Source: an uncultured Acidobacteriaceae bacterium (GTDB lineage Bacteria; Acidobacteriota; Terriglobia; Terriglobales; Acidobacteriaceae). From it: 64,000 nt of DNA. Location: positions 59,693-123,692 of the forward strand of contig CAXSZS010000002.1 of NCBI GenBank assembly GCA_964242495.1, in the 5' to 3' direction. The translations under genes were made by a program, and so were the position numbers. Under the pieces are notes generated by a model. That model had not been told where the DNA came from. It ran no database searches and saw nothing but the letters and a program-made list of their open reading frames with translations. The first letter of the stretch is position 1. Each line of letters begins with the position of its first letter. Positions 21,955-30,734 of the stretch are shown here, piece after piece.

Positions 21955-22992
21955 ATGCAAGAGGAGACTCCACACGCGGGGAGTACACCGTTGAAGAGGG
22001 CACTGCGCATCAATGCGTTGCTGGCTGGGGTGGTGACGCTGGGATGGGTCGTCTTTGGTCGAGAAGCGGCTTGGCAGAACTTTGTTCGCCATTGGCCGAT
22101 GGCGTTGACCATGGTGCTGGGCTCGACGGTGGGCGGCGGCACAAGCGAGGGCGGCGCGGCGGTGGCGTTTCCGATCTTCACCAAGGTGTTGCATATCTCG
22201 GCGGTGAATGCACGTTTGTTTTCCTTTGCGATCCAGACGGTCGGGATGGGTTCGGCGTCGATCAGCATTTTGTATCAGCGGCTGCCGATTGAGAGACGCG
22301 TACTGCCGTGGGCGGGCGGTGCCGGGATCGTCGGCATGGTTCTGAGCACCTATCTGCTGCTGCCCCATGTGCCGCCGGTGGTGGTGCGGGTGGCGTTCAC
22401 GGTGATGGTGACCAGCCTGGGGGCGGTATTACTCTTTCTGGACCGGCAAAAAGGTCTTGTGCGCCATGAGCGCTTACCGGTGTTTGAAGTTCGGGAGAAG
22501 GTGATTCTGCTCGCCGCCGGCCTGGTGGGAGGCACCATCAGCGGCCTGGTGGGCTGTGGGGAAAATGTCGTTGCGTTTTTGGTGATGGTGCTGCTTTTCC
22601 GGGTGAGTGAGAAGATCGTGACGCCCACGACCGTTCTGCTGATGTCGATGGTGACGGCGTCGGCATTTGCGCTCCACCTTTTCGTCGTTCGCGACTTTTC
22701 GCCTATCGTACGGGCGTACTGGATGGCGGCCGTGCCGGTAGCGGCGATCTTTGCTCCCCTGGGCGCGCTGGTTTGCTCGCGCCTGACCCGGCGCAGCATC
22801 GTGTACGTGCTGGTGGGCCTGATTGCTGTTGAGTTGGTGAGTACGGTGGCGCTGGTACCCATGTCGCGGACCTTGGCCGCCGCCGCGGCGGTCAGCCTTT
22901 GCGGGCTGACGGCGGTCAATTGGGCGATGTCGCGGGTGGGGCGGTATCGCCAGGCAGAAGGGACGCGCGGGCTGGAAACGAGCGGGCTTTAA
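21955..22992 (+). CDS. TauE/SafE-family anion exporter-like membrane protein
   Basis: 345 aa polytopic protein. The LGSTVGGGTSEGGAAVAFPIF and GGTISGLVGCGEN half-repeats are typical of TauE. Start uncertain. Confidence 0.7.
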   Translation: MQEETPHAGSTPLKRALRINALLAGVVTLGWVVFGREAAWQNFVRHWPMALTMVLGSTVGGGTSEGGAAVAFPIFTKVLHISAVNARLFSFAIQTVGMGSASISILYQRLPIERRVLPWAGGAGIVGMVLSTYLLLPHVPPVVVRVAFTVMVTSLGAVLLFLDRQKGLVRHERLPVFEVREKVILLAAGLVGGTISGLVGCGENVVAFLVMVLLFRVSEKIVTPTTVLLMSMVTASAFALHLFVVRDFSPIVRAYWMAAVPVAAIFAPLGALVCSRLTRRSIVYVLVGLIAVELVSTVALVPMSRTLAAAAAVSLCGLTAVNWAMSRVGRYRQAEGTRGLETSGL

Positions 22993-23043
22993 GGGACTGG
23001 AAAAAGTCTGATCTACTCGCTCGTTTGTGGGCCAGGATTCACG

Positions 23044-23141
23044 CCGTAGCGTAGCGAACGATTCTGCTGTTTGCCTGGGAGTTATGCTCCCGATGGGGAA
23101 AGCAGACCTTTCCGCTACGCTGCGGGATGACAGACAGTGGG
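23044..23141. repeat. Inverted Box-A doublet (REPIN/MITE-like)
   Basis: Left arm ggattcacgccgtagcgtagcgaacgattctgc (23044-23076) is the inverted counterpart of right arm gcagacctttccgctacgctgcgggatgaca (23111-23141). Central hairpin is GGGAGttatgCTCCC. The element is flanked by the 11-nt direct repeat agggactggaa (22992-23002 and 23173-23183). Confidence 0.7.
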
Positions 23142-23198
23142 AATGCGAAGAGGCACTACACAAGTTCGTCAGAGGGACTGGAAGGTGGTACCAGCCCT

Positions 23199-23435
23199 CT
23201 AGCTCTTGGCAGCGCTGAGGATATCTTTCTGGTTGGTCAAGATATCATTTTGATTGCTGAGGATGTCTTTCTGGTTGGAGACAATCTCTTTCTGGTTGGA
23301 CAGGATGTCCTTCTGGTTCTCGAGGATCTTTTCGAGTGAATCCTGGTTCTTTTTGATCGTGTCCTGGTTTTCGAGAATGCTCTTCTGATTATCGAGGATG
23401 ACCTTTTGATTGCTAAGAACGTCGTTATCCGTCAT
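23199..23435 (-). CDS. Small heptad-repeat protein (nine L-x-N-Q-x-x-I units)
   Basis: 78 aa from ATG 23435, with GGAGAG 5 nt upstream. Sequence MTDNDV LSNQKVI LDNQKSI LENQDTI KKNQDSL EKI LENQKDI LSNQKEI VSNQKDI LSNQNDI LTNQKDI LSAAKS. The underlying 21-bp DNA repeats are diverged and conspicuously AT-rich. Confidence 0.6.
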   Translation of the reverse strand: MTDNDVLSNQKVILDNQKSILENQDTIKKNQDSLEKILENQKDILSNQKEIVSNQKDILSNQNDILTNQKDILSAAKS

Positions 23436-23594
23436 GCGTCTCTCCTGTTTGCGTGATCGTCGGTGCGAGTTCGTCAACGAGGAGGTCGAACTGTACCAAA
23501 CACACCGTACTGGAGATGAGATGGCTTGTTCGGTCCGGCTGTTGGCCCGAGATGGCGCGCTACGACGCCAGCTTTTCTGACGACACAAGGACCG

Positions 23595-24605
23595 CTAGTG
23601 CGAGCTGACGAGCAGTGGTTCGTCGAGGCTGAAATACAGGGTGGAACCCGGGGGAAGGGTTTCCTGATGGTCGCGGTTGAGCCACCAATACGCGCCGACG
23701 CCGGCACCGATGCCGGCGCCGACGACCGCACCGACCCCGCCGCCAATCAACGCGCCGGCGACCGCGGCGGTGGCGGTGGTGCCGCCGAGGATGGCCAGGG
23801 TGGTTTTGGGGTAGGTGCGCGGCTGGATGACACCCTCGTCGTTAACGTGGATGTCGTCGAAACCCTCGACATCGGAGACGGAGGCGTGCAGGACGTACTC
23901 GGTGCCGTCGGGCAGGGTGACGGAGTCGGGGCGGAGACGGATGGCGGCGAGGCCGCCGATGCGCTTGCCGCCATGGATGGCCGTCACATGGCCACGAATG
24001 ACAGAGCCGGCGGGCAGGAAGACCTCGCCACCGCGGGCGATTTCGGCGGTGAGCTCGGCTGAAAAGGGTGCGCCGACGTGCGTGGTTTCGGTGCTGATCG
24101 TGTGCACGAGATGGGCTTTGAGGACCGTTCCCAGGTTGAGTTCGTGCGGGTTTTGCGGCACGGAAAGCACGATGCCGTCGTCGTCGCTGGCGTGCGTGAG
24201 GCGGGCGGGGCGCTCGGAGTGTTCAGACCGCAGGCTGGCGGTTTCCTCCGAGTTTTCGCCGGTGACCGCTGTAGAGGGCAGCGGTGAAGCGAGGGCTGGT
24301 TCCCGGACGATCAACGCGGGGGTGCGCGCCTCCGTGGGGTAGCTTTGTGCCACGGGTACGGGTGTGGGGCCGGTGGCGGGGTAACTGGTGAGGTAAGTGG
24401 CCGGTGCGGCATTCGGCGAAGCGCCGGCGATGTTTGCGTGCGATGGCTTGACGTAGTGGTCGGCCTGGGCGGTGGCGACAGGGGTATCGAACTGTTCTGG
24501 AGCTTGTTCCGGGCGGGAAACACCGGTGGTTTGGCCAAGGGCAGCGGCCGCGAACAATGGGAGAGCCAGGGCCGGGAGAATGGGTTGCAGATGCTTGATT
24601 TTCAC
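23595..24605 (-). CDS. Exported protein with a TrbI/VirB10-like beta segment (tentative) and C-terminal glycine-zipper helix
   Basis: 336 aa. GTG start with GAGAGGG 6 nt upstream. Signal MKIKHLQPILPALALPLFAAAALGQ, then a Pro/Ala-rich linker. GAPFSAELTAEIARGGEVFLPAGSVIRGHV...RLRPDSVTLPDGTEY follows. The C-terminus has AGALIGGGVGAVVGAGIGAGVGAYWW. Confidence 0.6.
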   Translation of the reverse strand: MKIKHLQPILPALALPLFAAAALGQTTGVSRPEQAPEQFDTPVATAQADHYVKPSHANIAGASPNAAPATYLTSYPATGPTPVPVAQSYPTEARTPALIVREPALASPLPSTAVTGENSEETASLRSEHSERPARLTHASDDDGIVLSVPQNPHELNLGTVLKAHLVHTISTETTHVGAPFSAELTAEIARGGEVFLPAGSVIRGHVTAIHGGKRIGGLAAIRLRPDSVTLPDGTEYVLHASVSDVEGFDDIHVNDEGVIQPRTYPKTTLAILGGTTATAAVAGALIGGGVGAVVGAGIGAGVGAYWWLNRDHQETLPPGSTLYFSLDEPLLVSSH

Positions 24606-24733
24606 GGGAAACCCTCTCGGTACAACGGTGCGCTGGCATCAGCATAGGCCGCGACGCTGTGCATTGGCGAGGGGTTTTCCGGCGGGAACCACGCGGGGCA
24701 ATGCAGCGAGGTGCAATGTTTGAGGGCCGAGAA

Positions 24734-24789
24734 CTGCAGGTCTCTCCGCTTCGCGAACGATGAAGCTGTTCGCTACGGACGAGATGACA
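24734..24789 (+). repeat. Box-B hairpin repeat, copy B (long form)
   Basis: ctgcaggtctctccgcttcGCGAACgatgaagctGTTCGCtacggacgagatgaca. Confidence 0.8.
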
Positions 24790-24827
24790 CAGTATTCGTT
24801 CGAGAGAACTTGTGTAAGGACAATATG

Positions 24828-25982
24828 TTATCGGCTTTCGTGGGTTTGTGAGGCTTGGATGATTTGCTCGTAGAAACGCTCGTAGAGGGGGATGACGCGG
24901 GAGGCGCAGAAGTTTTGCTGGGCCTTGATGCGAGCGGCGGTGGCCATAGTTTGGAGGCGGGTTTCGTCGGAGAGTAGGGCCGTGGCGGCGGCGGCCATGG
25001 CGGCGACGTCGCCCACGGGGAAGAGCAGGCCGTCGCTGCCGTCTTCGATCAGCTCCGGGACGCCGCCGACACGGGTGGCGATAGCGGGCACGCGGCAGGC
25101 CATGGCTTCGAGCGCGGCGAGGCCGAAGCTCTCCATCTCGCTGGGCATGAGCATGAGGTCGGCGAGGGGCAGCAGTTCGTTGACGTTTTCCTGCTTGCCG
25201 ACGAAGTGGCAGCGGTCGAGCACACCGTGCTGTTTCGCGAGGAACTCGGCGGCGGAACGATCAGGACCGTCGCCGATCATCAACAGGCGGGCGGGCATGG
25301 CCTTCGCGACGCGGGCAAAGACTTCGACGACGTCGAGCACGCGCTTGACAGGCCGGAAGTTGGAGAGATGCACGAGGAGGCGTTCGTTTGCGGCGGCGTA
25401 TGCGGGGCGTTGTTGCGCGACGAGTTCAGGTTTGCGGATGTAGACGTCGCAGTTGACGAAGTTGCGGATGACTTCGATGGGACGCGTGATGCCGAAGGCG
25501 GCTTCGGTGCGTTCGCGGAGGTGGGCGGAGATGGCGGTGACGCCGTCGGAGCGCTCGATGCCGTAGCGCGTGATGGGCAGGTAGGAGCGGTCGAGGCCGA
25601 CGAGGGTGATGTCGGTGCCGTGGAGCGTGGTGATGAAGGGAAGCTTGATGCCGCGGACAGCGAGCATGTCGTGCGCCAGCAGGGCACTGACGGAGTGCGG
25701 GATGGCGTAGTGGACGTGGAGAAGGTCTAGCTCGTAGATTTCGGCGACCTCGGCCATACGGGTGGCGAGGGCGAGGTCGTAGGGCGGGTACTCGAAGAGC
25801 GGGTAGTTCGAGACCGGGACCTCATGGTAAAAGATGGAGCCCTCGCGGCCGGTGAGGCGAAAGGGCTGCGAGTAGGTGATGAAGTGCACCTGGTGGCCGC
25901 GCGCGGCGAGCTCGATGCCGAGCTCCGTGGCGACAACGCCGGAGCCGCCGTAGGTGGGATAGCAGGTAATGCCGATCTTCAT
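24828..25982 (-). CDS. bshA: N-acetyl-alpha-D-glucosaminyl L-malate synthase (GT4, bacillithiol pathway)
   Basis: 384 aa, collinear with Bacillus BshA as I recall it. Matching segments include MKIGITCYPTYGGSGVVATELG..GH.VHFIT, YPPYDLALA, HVHYAIPH, TTLHGTDIT and ESFGLAALEAMAC.VP...RVGG.PE. Confidence 0.85.
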   Translation of the reverse strand: MKIGITCYPTYGGSGVVATELGIELAARGHQVHFITYSQPFRLTGREGSIFYHEVPVSNYPLFEYPPYDLALATRMAEVAEIYELDLLHVHYAIPHSVSALLAHDMLAVRGIKLPFITTLHGTDITLVGLDRSYLPITRYGIERSDGVTAISAHLRERTEAAFGITRPIEVIRNFVNCDVYIRKPELVAQQRPAYAAANERLLVHLSNFRPVKRVLDVVEVFARVAKAMPARLLMIGDGPDRSAAEFLAKQHGVLDRCHFVGKQENVNELLPLADLMLMPSEMESFGLAALEAMACRVPAIATRVGGVPELIEDGSDGLLFPVGDVAAMAAAATALLSDETRLQTMATAARIKAQQNFCASRVIPLYERFYEQIIQASQTHESR

Positions 25983-26002
25983 GGGGGCTCGGGTGGAGGG
26001 AG

Positions 26003-26070
26003 TTTGGGTTGTACGTTCTACGTTGTTAGGTTCTAGATTGTTTGTTCTTAGTCGTTTGTTGTTCGAATAA
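26003..26070 (+). repeat. Heptanucleotide-periodic GTTC tract (copy 4)
   Basis: tttgggt|tgtacgt|tctacgt|tgttagg|ttctaga|ttgtttg|ttcttag|tcgtttg|ttgttcg. Fills the ydjC-bshA spacer. On the mRNA strand it is an A/C-rich leader before bshA. Confidence 0.7.
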
Positions 26071-26075
26071 GAGAT

Positions 26076-27005
26076 TTAGAGGCTGCCGTAATGGATGAGT
26101 TGCGGCGTGGATGGTTGCGAGGAAAGGTTCGTTGCCCCTAGGACGGCGAGCAGGGCCCGGCGTTCGAGGTCGCGGGCTTGGCGGAGGCGGGTGGGGATGG
26201 CGTCGAGGTCGCGGTCGTTGTAGCCCGGATGGCAAACGAGCTCGTAGGTGCCGCCGTGCTCCGGCAGGGCGGCAAGGATTTGGTGAAGGGCTGCGGCGTC
26301 GAGGCGTCCTGTCGCGGCGATGCCGAGGGTGCCTGCGGTGGTGCGCAGCAGGCCTGACCGGATCTGCTGCTGGGCTCCGAAGCGGTGTTGGAGGAGGCCG
26401 AGGAGACGGAGCTGCAGGTTGCGCTTGGTTGGCCAGCTTGCGGGTGGGTGGGGTTTCGCGGTTTTTGTTGAGGGATGAGGGTTGAGGTTGTAAGGTTTGA
26501 GGTTTACGCTCCAGGGCGGCTCGAAGGGGTTGCGGAGGGCGCCGATGTCGGTGGCTGCGGCGGCGCGGAGCAGGACTCCGGTGATACCCGGCAGGATGCC
26601 GGTGTGTTTGTGGGTGTCGAGGTGGGTGACCTGAATGCCCGCGCGCTGCAGGATACGAATCTGGGCGATGGCTTCGCGTTCGACCTCGGCAGGGTTGATG
26701 CGGTGGAGCAGCGCGGCGAGTACGAAATCCTTCAGTGAACTGCGGAAGGCACGGCGGTCGGGTCCGAGAAGGGTGGGTATGGTCTCCGGAGGCGAGGCGG
26801 GAGTGCCGTCGGTAAGCACAATATGGCAGCCTATGCCCAGCGTTGGGTGCGCGTGGGCAAGGGTAACCGCATCGGCAAAGGCCGGTCCAGTGGCCATCAA
26901 GGTGGCGGAGGAGACCGCACCGGCGGCGTGCAGCTCGGCGATGGCGCGATTGATGCCCGGGGTGAGGCCGAAGTCGTCGGCATTGACGATCAGGCGAGGC
27001 GGCAT
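26076..27005 (-). CDS. YdjC/ChbG-family carbohydrate deacetylase
   Basis: 309 aa. MPPRLIVNADDFGLTPGINRAI..., GCHIVLTDG, THLDTHKH and CHPGY motifs fit the YdjC family. The overlapping 339-aa track ORF (26026-27045) is an alternate-frame shadow. Confidence 0.85.
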   Translation of the reverse strand: MPPRLIVNADDFGLTPGINRAIAELHAAGAVSSATLMATGPAFADAVTLAHAHPTLGIGCHIVLTDGTPASPPETIPTLLGPDRRAFRSSLKDFVLAALLHRINPAEVEREAIAQIRILQRAGIQVTHLDTHKHTGILPGITGVLLRAAAATDIGALRNPFEPPWSVNLKPYNLNPHPSTKTAKPHPPASWPTKRNLQLRLLGLLQHRFGAQQQIRSGLLRTTAGTLGIAATGRLDAAALHQILAALPEHGGTYELVCHPGYNDRDLDAIPTRLRQARDLERRALLAVLGATNLSSQPSTPQLIHYGSL

Positions 27006-27020
27006 GCGTGGGGAAGAGCG

Positions 27021-27989
27021 TCAGAGATAACGCTGTTGGTGCCACGCCCAGGCGCTGGTGATGATGTCTTCGAGCGCGGCGTGATTTGGCTGCCAGCCGA
27101 GTGTCTTCTTCGCGAGCTCCGAGCCGGCGACGAGACGGGCAGGGTCGCCCGGGCGGCGAGGCTTGATTTCAGCCGGAATGGGCTTGCCGGTGACGCGGCG
27201 GGCGACCTCGATGACCTCTTTAACGGAGAAACCTTCGCCGTTGCCAAGGTTCAGGATGAGCTTATCGTGGTCGGCGAGAGCCGCGAGGGCGAGGGTGTGT
27301 GCGTCGGCGAGGTCGGCGACGTGGATATAGTCGCGGATGCAGGTGCCGTCAGGGGTGGTGTAGTCGTCGCCGAAGATGAGGATTTTCTCGCGCCGGCCGA
27401 GGGCCACGTCGAGGATGAGCGGGATGATGTGGGTTTCGGGCTCGTGGGCCTCACCGCGGCCGGGGATGGCGCCGGCGACGTTGAAGTAGCGCAGCGACGC
27501 GTAGCGTAGGCCGTGAATGCGATGGATCCAGTCGAGCATGTGTTCAACAAGGAGCTTGGATTCACCGTAGGCGTTGGTGGGCTTGAGCGTGGCGGTTTCG
27601 GGGATCGGCACCGCTTCGGGCTCGCCGTAGACGGCGGCGGTGGACGAAAAGACGAGCTTGCCGACGCCGGCGGCGAGCATGGCTTCGAGCAGCGCAAGTG
27701 TGGAGGCGGTGTTGTTGCGGAAGTAGAGTTCCGGGCGCTGCATGGATTCGCCGGCTTCGATCAGTGCGGCGAAGTGCAGGACGCCTTCGGCTTGGGAGTC
27801 GCGCAGCACGGATTCGACGCGGGGGCGGTCGGCGAGGTCGGCTTGCACAAAGGCGGCGCCGGCCGGCAGCGCTTTGGCGTGGCTGTGGCACAAGTTATCG
27901 ATGATCGTGACCTGATGGCCGGCTTCCAGCAACCGTGTGGCAACGGTGCCGCCGATATAGCCCGCACCCCCGGTGACGACGAGATTCAT
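27021..27989 (-). CDS. galE: UDP-glucose (or UDP-GlcNAc) 4-epimerase
   Basis: 322 aa. VTGGAGYIGG, SSTAAVYG and YGESK catalytic motifs; collinear with GalE. Confidence 0.9.
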   Translation of the reverse strand: MNLVVTGGAGYIGGTVATRLLEAGHQVTIIDNLCHSHAKALPAGAAFVQADLADRPRVESVLRDSQAEGVLHFAALIEAGESMQRPELYFRNNTASTLALLEAMLAAGVGKLVFSSTAAVYGEPEAVPIPETATLKPTNAYGESKLLVEHMLDWIHRIHGLRYASLRYFNVAGAIPGRGEAHEPETHIIPLILDVALGRREKILIFGDDYTTPDGTCIRDYIHVADLADAHTLALAALADHDKLILNLGNGEGFSVKEVIEVARRVTGKPIPAEIKPRRPGDPARLVAGSELAKKTLGWQPNHAALEDIITSAWAWHQQRYL

Positions 27990-28004
27990 GTGCGACAGAG
28001 CTCC

Positions 28005-28193
28005 TTAGAGTTTGGCTTTCAGGTGTTCTATTTCAGCTTCATGTTTACCAAGAGTCCGGTAGAACTGCTTTAGATCGTCGCGAATACGGTCGATACGGCC
28101 GGAGAGCTGAACGGCATCCACGCGCTTGCATACGACTCCGGCAAGGACGGTTCCGAGAGGGATAAAGGATTGGGTGTTGGTCATGTTCGGCAC
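28005..28193 (-). CDS. Small hypothetical protein (N-terminal hydrophobic helix plus coiled-coil tail)
   Basis: 62 aa. GTG start preceded by AAGGAGAGG. Ends 15 nt upstream of galE, so it is probably co-transcribed. Confidence 0.45.
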   Translation of the reverse strand: MPNMTNTQSFIPLGTVLAGVVCKRVDAVQLSGRIDRIRDDLKQFYRTLGKHEAEIEHLKAKL

Positions 28194-28248
28194 TTCACCT
28201 CTCCTTTACGGTTCGCGCGGTGAATTTGGTGTCAGTAAGCACGATATT

Positions 28249-28325
<77 letters not shown>

Positions 28326-28446
28326 CACCCGATAGGTTTCTCGACAGCAGCCCCAGTGTACGCGAAGGCGGTGGTGCTGTGGTGTCCCACTTTCAGGCAG
28401 AGGCGGTGAAAGAACGTGCCGGTTGCGCGGACCAGGAGGCGGCGAA

Positions 28447-28490
28447 CCGCAGGTCTCTCCGCTGTGGCTACGCCTCCGGTCGAGAGGACA
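28447..28490 (+). repeat. Box-B hairpin repeat, copy C (short form)
   Basis: ccgcaggtctctccgctgtggctacgcctccggtcgagaggaca. Confidence 0.8.
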
Positions 28491-28534
28491 CGGTTATGCT
28501 GACGCTGTCGACATCATGCTGTCGGTATTTTGCC

Positions 28535-29854
28535 CTAGAACAGCTTGCGGGCGAGCAGGTTTTCTAGGCGCTCCTGGCGGCCGGAGCGGGGCTGCGGGTC
28601 GATGGCTTTTTGCTCGGTATCGCCGGCGATTTCCTCTAAAGACTTTTTGCCGGCGAGCATGGCTTGCGCCTCCGGGGCCGCCCAGCCGGCGTAGCGTTCT
28701 TCGAGCAGCTGGTCGTAGGCACCGTCTTCGATGAGGCCGGCGGCGAGCAGGAAGGCGCGGGCGCAAAGGTCGACGGCGCCGACGTGCGCTTCTACGAGGT
28801 CAACGGGCTCGAAGCTCTGGCGGCGTACCTTGGCGTCGAAGTTGAGGCCACCCTGACCCAGGCCGCCGGCTTTGAGGACGTGGTACATGGCCATGGTGGT
28901 CGCGAGCAGATCATTGGGGAACTGGTCGGTGTCCCAGCCGAGCAGCGCGTCGCCGCGGTTCATGTCGAGCGAGCCGAGGATGCCGAGCGCGCCGGCGGTG
29001 GCGATTTCGTGTTCGAAGGTGTGGCCGGCGAGCAGGGCGTGGTTGGCTTCGATGTTGACGCGCACCTCGTTTTCGAGGCCGAAGCGCTTGAGGAAGCCGT
29101 AGACCGTGGCGACGTCGAAGTCGTACTGGTGGGCGGTGGGTTCTTTGGGCTTGGGTTCGAGGAGGATCTGGCCGGTGAAGCCGATCTTGTGCTTGTACTC
29201 GACGACCAGGGTGAGGAAGCGGCCCATCTGCTCCATCTCCTGCGCGAGCCGGGTGTTCAGCAGGGTTTCGTAGCCTTCGCGACCGCCCCAAAGCACGTAG
29301 TTTGCGCCGCCGAGGGCTTTAGTCACGTCCATGCAGTGCTTGACGGTGGTGGCGCTCCAGGCGAAGACCTCCGGGTCGGGGTTGGTGGCGGCGCCGGCCA
29401 TGAAGCGTGGATGCGAGAAGAGGTTGGCTGTGCCCCACAGCAGCCGGGTGCGGTAGCTGCCCATCTTTTCGCCGAGGAAGTCGGCCATCGTGTGGAGGTT
29501 GGCCAGCGACTCGGCGAGGGTGGTGCCCTCGGGTGCGATGTCGCGATCGTGAAAGGTGAAGAAGGGCAGGTCGAGCACGCGAAAGAGCTCAAAGGCGGCG
29601 TCAGCTTTGGCTTTGGCGGCCTGCATGGGGTCGCCTGAAGACCACGGCCGAGTGATGGTGGGTCCGCCGAAGGGGTCGCTGCCGTTCATCACCAGCGAAT
29701 GCCAATAGGCGACAGAGAAGCGCAGATGGTCGGCGAGCGGCTTGCCCATGATGAGTTTTTCGGCGTCGTAGAAGCGATAGGCCAGAGGGTTTTGCGAATC
29801 CTGGCCCTCATAGCGCACGGTGGGAAGATCGGAAAAGATGGTTTGCGGGGCCAC
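28535..29854 (-). CDS. xylA: Xylose isomerase
   Basis: 439 aa. [29 protein letters not shown] and NIEANHA motifs. No xylB is adjacent. Confidence 0.95.
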   Translation of the reverse strand: MAPQTIFSDLPTVRYEGQDSQNPLAYRFYDAEKLIMGKPLADHLRFSVAYWHSLVMNGSDPFGGPTITRPWSSGDPMQAAKAKADAAFELFRVLDLPFFTFHDRDIAPEGTTLAESLANLHTMADFLGEKMGSYRTRLLWGTANLFSHPRFMAGAATNPDPEVFAWSATTVKHCMDVTKALGGANYVLWGGREGYETLLNTRLAQEMEQMGRFLTLVVEYKHKIGFTGQILLEPKPKEPTAHQYDFDVATVYGFLKRFGLENEVRVNIEANHALLAGHTFEHEIATAGALGILGSLDMNRGDALLGWDTDQFPNDLLATTMAMYHVLKAGGLGQGGLNFDAKVRRQSFEPVDLVEAHVGAVDLCARAFLLAAGLIEDGAYDQLLEERYAGWAAPEAQAMLAGKKSLEEIAGDTEQKAIDPQPRSGRQERLENLLARKLF

Positions 29855-29982
29855 GGGTCCTCCAGGGCAAGTCTTTCTTTATAGACAGCGGCTAGTTGAG
29901 CAGAAAAGGGTTGCGGTTGTCTCCCCCTGGTGAGGCGATTCTATTTTTCCTGCATCTGAGTTTGTAGGTGGGCGATCGCTGC

Positions 29983-30411
29983 ATGCGGGTTCGGGCGCAA
30001 CTTCGGGTGTTGATGGCGGGGATGCTGGCAGTGCTTCTGCTGGCTTTGTCGTCTGCGGCATCCGCTTGCGAAGCGCGGTGCGGGTTGCCGCGTGCCGGGG
30101 CGAGCTGTCATATGGCTGCCGGGCAGGCGATGAACGCCATGGCGGGTATGCCGAGGGTCGATCGAGCCAGGGAGCAGGGGATCGCTGCGGCGATGCCGGA
30201 GTCCTGCCCGCATCATGTCTGTGCGTCGCAACCAGTTTTGTTGCGCGAAGATGCGGTTATGGCGGCGCCTGTGTGGTTGGGTTTGCCTGTCGTTGTGCGT
30301 CACGCAGCGCCATGGGTTCTGGTGAGGGCCGGTGACTCCGGTTACGTTCGCGGATCGCCATGTTTGCCCAGAGCGACGCCTATTTCATTGCATGTAGCGC
30401 TTCGCGTGTAG
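29983..30411 (+). CDS. Hypothetical exported Cys/His/Met-rich protein (possible copper accessory)
   Basis: Signal-like MRVRAQLRVLMAGMLAVLLLALSSAASA, then CEARCG...SCHMAAGQAMNAMAGMP...SCPHHVC. Sits at the head of the copper block. Coding status is not secure. Confidence 0.4.
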   Translation: MRVRAQLRVLMAGMLAVLLLALSSAASACEARCGLPRAGASCHMAAGQAMNAMAGMPRVDRAREQGIAAAMPESCPHHVCASQPVLLREDAVMAAPVWLGLPVVVRHAAPWVLVRAGDSGYVRGSPCLPRATPISLHVALRV

Positions 30412-30476
30412 TTGAGATTTGTGATCCGGTGCGTTCTGAGGATTCATAGCTTTCTGGCGACCTGACGTTACTAGAT

Positions 30477-30563
30477 CGGGCTTTCAGCCCTCCCCTTTGC
30501 GCATGCGGCTATACCTTGGCCTGCGGCCTGGGCTGGTATCGGACGCGCCGTCGGCGCTCAAGC
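30477..30563 (+). repeat. Three-hairpin interspersed repeat, copy F2
   Basis: tcGGGCTttcAGCCC...ACCTTGGCCtgcGGCCTGGGct...GCGCCgtcGGCGC. Confidence 0.8.
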
Positions 30564-30734
30564 GTAACTGCATCGTTGCCTGGTGTGAGCGCACCTTGTA
30601 TCGCGCGACGTTACTACTTCACGGCTACTCGCGACTGGGCGCCGGGGCACTAGGCACGTTGACTTCCGCTAAGAGAACAGGCCTTGATGAGGCCACTCGA
30701 TTTCAACACACGTGGACCAATGAGGGAGTATGCC

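Noticed and set aside
26026-27045. 339-aa ORF overlapping the ydjC gene on the same strand
   Set aside because: It is an alternate frame with extreme Arg/Pro content. The 309-aa frame carries the YdjC motifs.
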